DNA from: Eledone cirrhosa
Taxonomy: Eukaryota
Assembly (NCBI GenBank): GCA_964016885.1
Contig: OZ024742.1
Location: 373,364,001-373,428,000, forward strand
Length of the DNA stretch: 64,000 bases
Direction of reading: 5' to 3'
The notes under the pieces are model-generated. The model worked only from the letters and a program-made list of their open reading frames with translations. It did not search any database and was not told the DNA's origin. A program made the position numbers and the translations under genes. Shown one piece after another: positions 61,701-64,000 of this stretch (positions within the stretch are counted from its first letter, which is position 1; every line of letters begins with the position of its first letter).

Positions 61701-62570
61701 TGATAGTCCCACTAGCCACATACCTCTGATAGTCCCACAAGCTACATACCTCTCATAGTCCAACACGCCACATATTAGTTTGATAGTCCCACAAGCCACA
61801 TACCTCTGATAGTCCCACAAACCACATACCTCTGATAGTCCCACAAGCCGCATATTAGTCTGATAGTCCCACAGGTCACATACCTCTGATAGTCCCACAA
61901 ACCACATACCTCTGATAGTCCCACAAGCCACATATTAGTCTGATAGTCCCACAAGTCACATACCTCTGATAGTCCCATAAGCCACATATTAATCTGATAG
62001 TCCCACAAGCCACATACATCTGATAGTCCCACAAGCCACATACCTCTGATAGTCCCACAAACCACATATTAGTCTGATAGTTCCACAAGCCACATACCTC
62101 TGATAGTCCCACAAGCCAGATAATTGTCTGATAGTCCCACAGGTCACATATCTCTGATAGTCCCACAAGCCACATACCTCTGATAGTCCCACAAGCCACA
62201 TACCTCTAATAGTCCCACAAGCCACATACCTCTGATAGTCTCACAAGCCACATACCTCTGATAGTCCCACTAGCCACATACCTCTGACAGTCCCACAAGC
62301 TACATACCCCTCATAGTCCCACAAGCCACATACCTCTCATAGTCCAACACGCCACATATTAGTTTGATAGTCCCACAAGCCACATACCTCTGATAGTCCC
62401 ACAAACCACATACCTCTGATAGTCCCACAAGCCACATATTAGTCTGATAGTCCCACAGGTCACATATTAATCTGATAGTCCATCAAGCCACATACCTCTG
62501 ATAGTCCCACAAGCCACATACCTCTGATAGTCCCACAAACCACATATCTCTTATAGTCCCACAAGCCACA
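57420..62570. repeat. 1142-bp higher-order repeat, about 4 tandem copies, one carrying an internal 584-bp duplication
   Basis: The marker CAAATACC is at ~57497, 58639, 59781 and 61507, with spacings 1142, 1142 and 1726 (=1142+584). ORF offsets are 57673/58815/59957/61683 and 60049/60633. Confidence 0.92.
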
Positions 62571-64000
62571 TATTAATCTGATAGTCCATCAAGCCACATA
62601 CCTCTGATAGTCCCACAAGCCACATACCTCTGATAGTCCCACAAGTCACATACCTCTGATAGTCCCACAAGTCACATACCTCTGATAGTCCCACAAGCTA
62701 CATACCCCTCATAGTCCCACAAGCCACATACCTCTCATAGTCCAACACGCCACATATTAGTTTGATAGTCCCACAAGCCACATACCTCTGATAGTCCCAC
62801 AAACCACATACCTCTGATAGTCCCACAAGCCACATATTAGTCTGATAGTCCCACAGGTCACATACTTCTGATAGTCCCACAAACCACATATCTCTGATAG
62901 TCCCACAAGCCACATATTAATCTGATAGTCCATGAAGCCACATACCTCTGATAGTCCCACAAGCCACATACCTCTGATAGTCCCACAAGTCACATACCTC
63001 TGATAGTCCCACAAGTCACATACCTCTGGTAGTCCCACAAGCCACATACCTCTGATAGTACCACAAGCCACATACCTCTGATTGTCCCACAAGCCACATA
63101 CCTCTGATAGTCCCACAAGGCACATACCTCTGATAGTCCCACAAGCCACATATTAGTCTGATAGTCCCACAAGCCACATACCTCTGATAGTCCCACAAGC
63201 CACATATTAGTCTGATAGTCCCACAAGTCACATACCTCTGATTGTCCCACAAGCCACATATTAGTCTGATAGTCCCACAAGTCCCATACCTCTGATAGTC
63301 TTACAAGCCACATATTAGTATGATAGTCCCACAAGCCACATGCCTCTGATAGTCCCACAAGCCACATATTAGTCTGATAGTCCCACAAGCCACATACCTC
63401 TGATAGTCTCACAAGCCACATATTAGTCTGATAGTCCCACAAGTCACATACCTCTGATAGTCCCACAAGTCACATACCTCTTATAGTCCCACAAACCACA
63501 TACTTCTGATAGTCCCACAAGCCACATATTAGTCTGATAGTCCCACATGTCACATACCTCTGATAGTCCCACAAACCACATATTAGTCTGATAGTTCCAC
63601 AAGCGACATACCTCTGATAGTCCCACAAGCCACATATTAGTCTGATAGTCCCACAGGTTGCATATCTCTGATAGTCCCACAAGCGACATACCTCTGATAG
63701 TCCCACAAGCCACATACCTCTGATAGTCCCACAAGCCACATACCTCTGATAGTCTCACAAGCCACATACCTCTGATAGTCCCACTAGCCACATACCTCTG
63801 ATAGTCCCACAAGCCACATACCTCTGATAGTCACACAAGCCACATATTAGTCTGATAGTCCCACAAGTGACATACCTCTGATAGTCCCACAAACCACATA
63901 TTAGTCTGATAGTTCCACAAGCCACATACCTCTGATAGTCCCACAAGCCACATACCTCTGATAGTCCCACAAGCCACATATTAGTCTGATAGTCCCACAA

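Larger units (their letters stand above)
1..64000. repeat. Tandem satellite array of interspersed 26-bp (A: TCTGATAGTCCCACAAGCCACATACC) and 28-bp (B: TCTGATAGTCCCACAAGCCACATATTAG) monomers, head-to-tail, truncated by both window edges
   Basis: The core GATAGTCCCACAAGCCACATA, or a variant with a few substitutions, recurs every 26 or 28 bp from position 3 to 64000. No inversion or unique insertion was seen. The A consensus is 50% GC (C10 A8 T5 G3) and the B consensus is 43% GC. Neither consensus contains CpG. Confidence 0.99.

Noticed and set aside
229-64000. Several hundred minus-strand ORFs (60-459 aa) encoding Cys/Trp-rich repeats
   Set aside because: They overlap in all three frames and consist only of translated monomer. 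They start and stop wherever the A/B phase dictates, have no unique domain, and show no sign of third-position-biased variation. Not called as CDS.
1-64000. CRISPR array (the 24-bp conserved core is of direct-repeat size)
   Set aside because: There are no unique spacers: the intervening sequence is only 2 or 4 bp (CC or TTAG). There is also no leader, no cas gene and no palindromic repeat structure.
1-64000. Mobile element, tRNA, rRNA or ncRNA genes, promoters or terminators
   Set aside because: No non-satellite sequence, terminal inverted repeats, target-site duplications, poly(A) tails or substantial hairpins were seen anywhere in the window.
1-64000. Canonical telomerase-synthesised telomere (TTAG in the B tail resembles TTAGG)
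   Set aside because: TTAG lies on the C-rich strand and is followed by TCT, not G. Inherited kb-scale variant patterns indicate duplication rather than template-directed addition.
1-64000. Pure sequencing or assembly artefact (concatemer or rolling-circle chimera)
   Set aside because: Hierarchical, consistently shared variants, private substitutions between copies and the near absence of random indels indicate a real evolved array. Copy number of individual blocks still needs read support.
1-64000. ZNF143/Staf-like site (TCCCACAA) or Alu-like GGGACTA similarity
   Set aside because: These are only 7-8-bp partial matches without the rest of either consensus, which is expected by chance.

Overview
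The whole 64 kb window is one uninterrupted, single-orientation satellite/minisatellite array that runs off both ends. I found no unique DNA, credible genes, RNA genes, transposons or CRISPR spacers. The array is built from two monomers sharing a 24-bp core, TCTGATAGTCCCACAAGCCACATA. Type A adds CC (26 bp) and type B adds TTAG (28 bp), giving roughly 2,400 monomers (estimated from a mean length of about 26.6 bp). A and B are interspersed in an irregular binary pattern, and recurrent point variants act as barcodes. These barcodes show nested, recent higher-order duplications of about 11.27, 6.07, 6.04/4.8, 2.3-2.45, 1.55, 1.3 and 1.14 kb, plus 584 and 292 bp. Nearly all length changes are whole-monomer gains or losses, with one +1 bp exception near 30329. 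All ORFs in the track are minus-strand by-products of a monomer that lacks minus-strand stop codons. The architecture fits eukaryotic satellite DNA (pericentromeric or subtelomeric), but organism and function cannot be determined from this window. Block boundaries were read by eye and are approximate to within one or two monomers.
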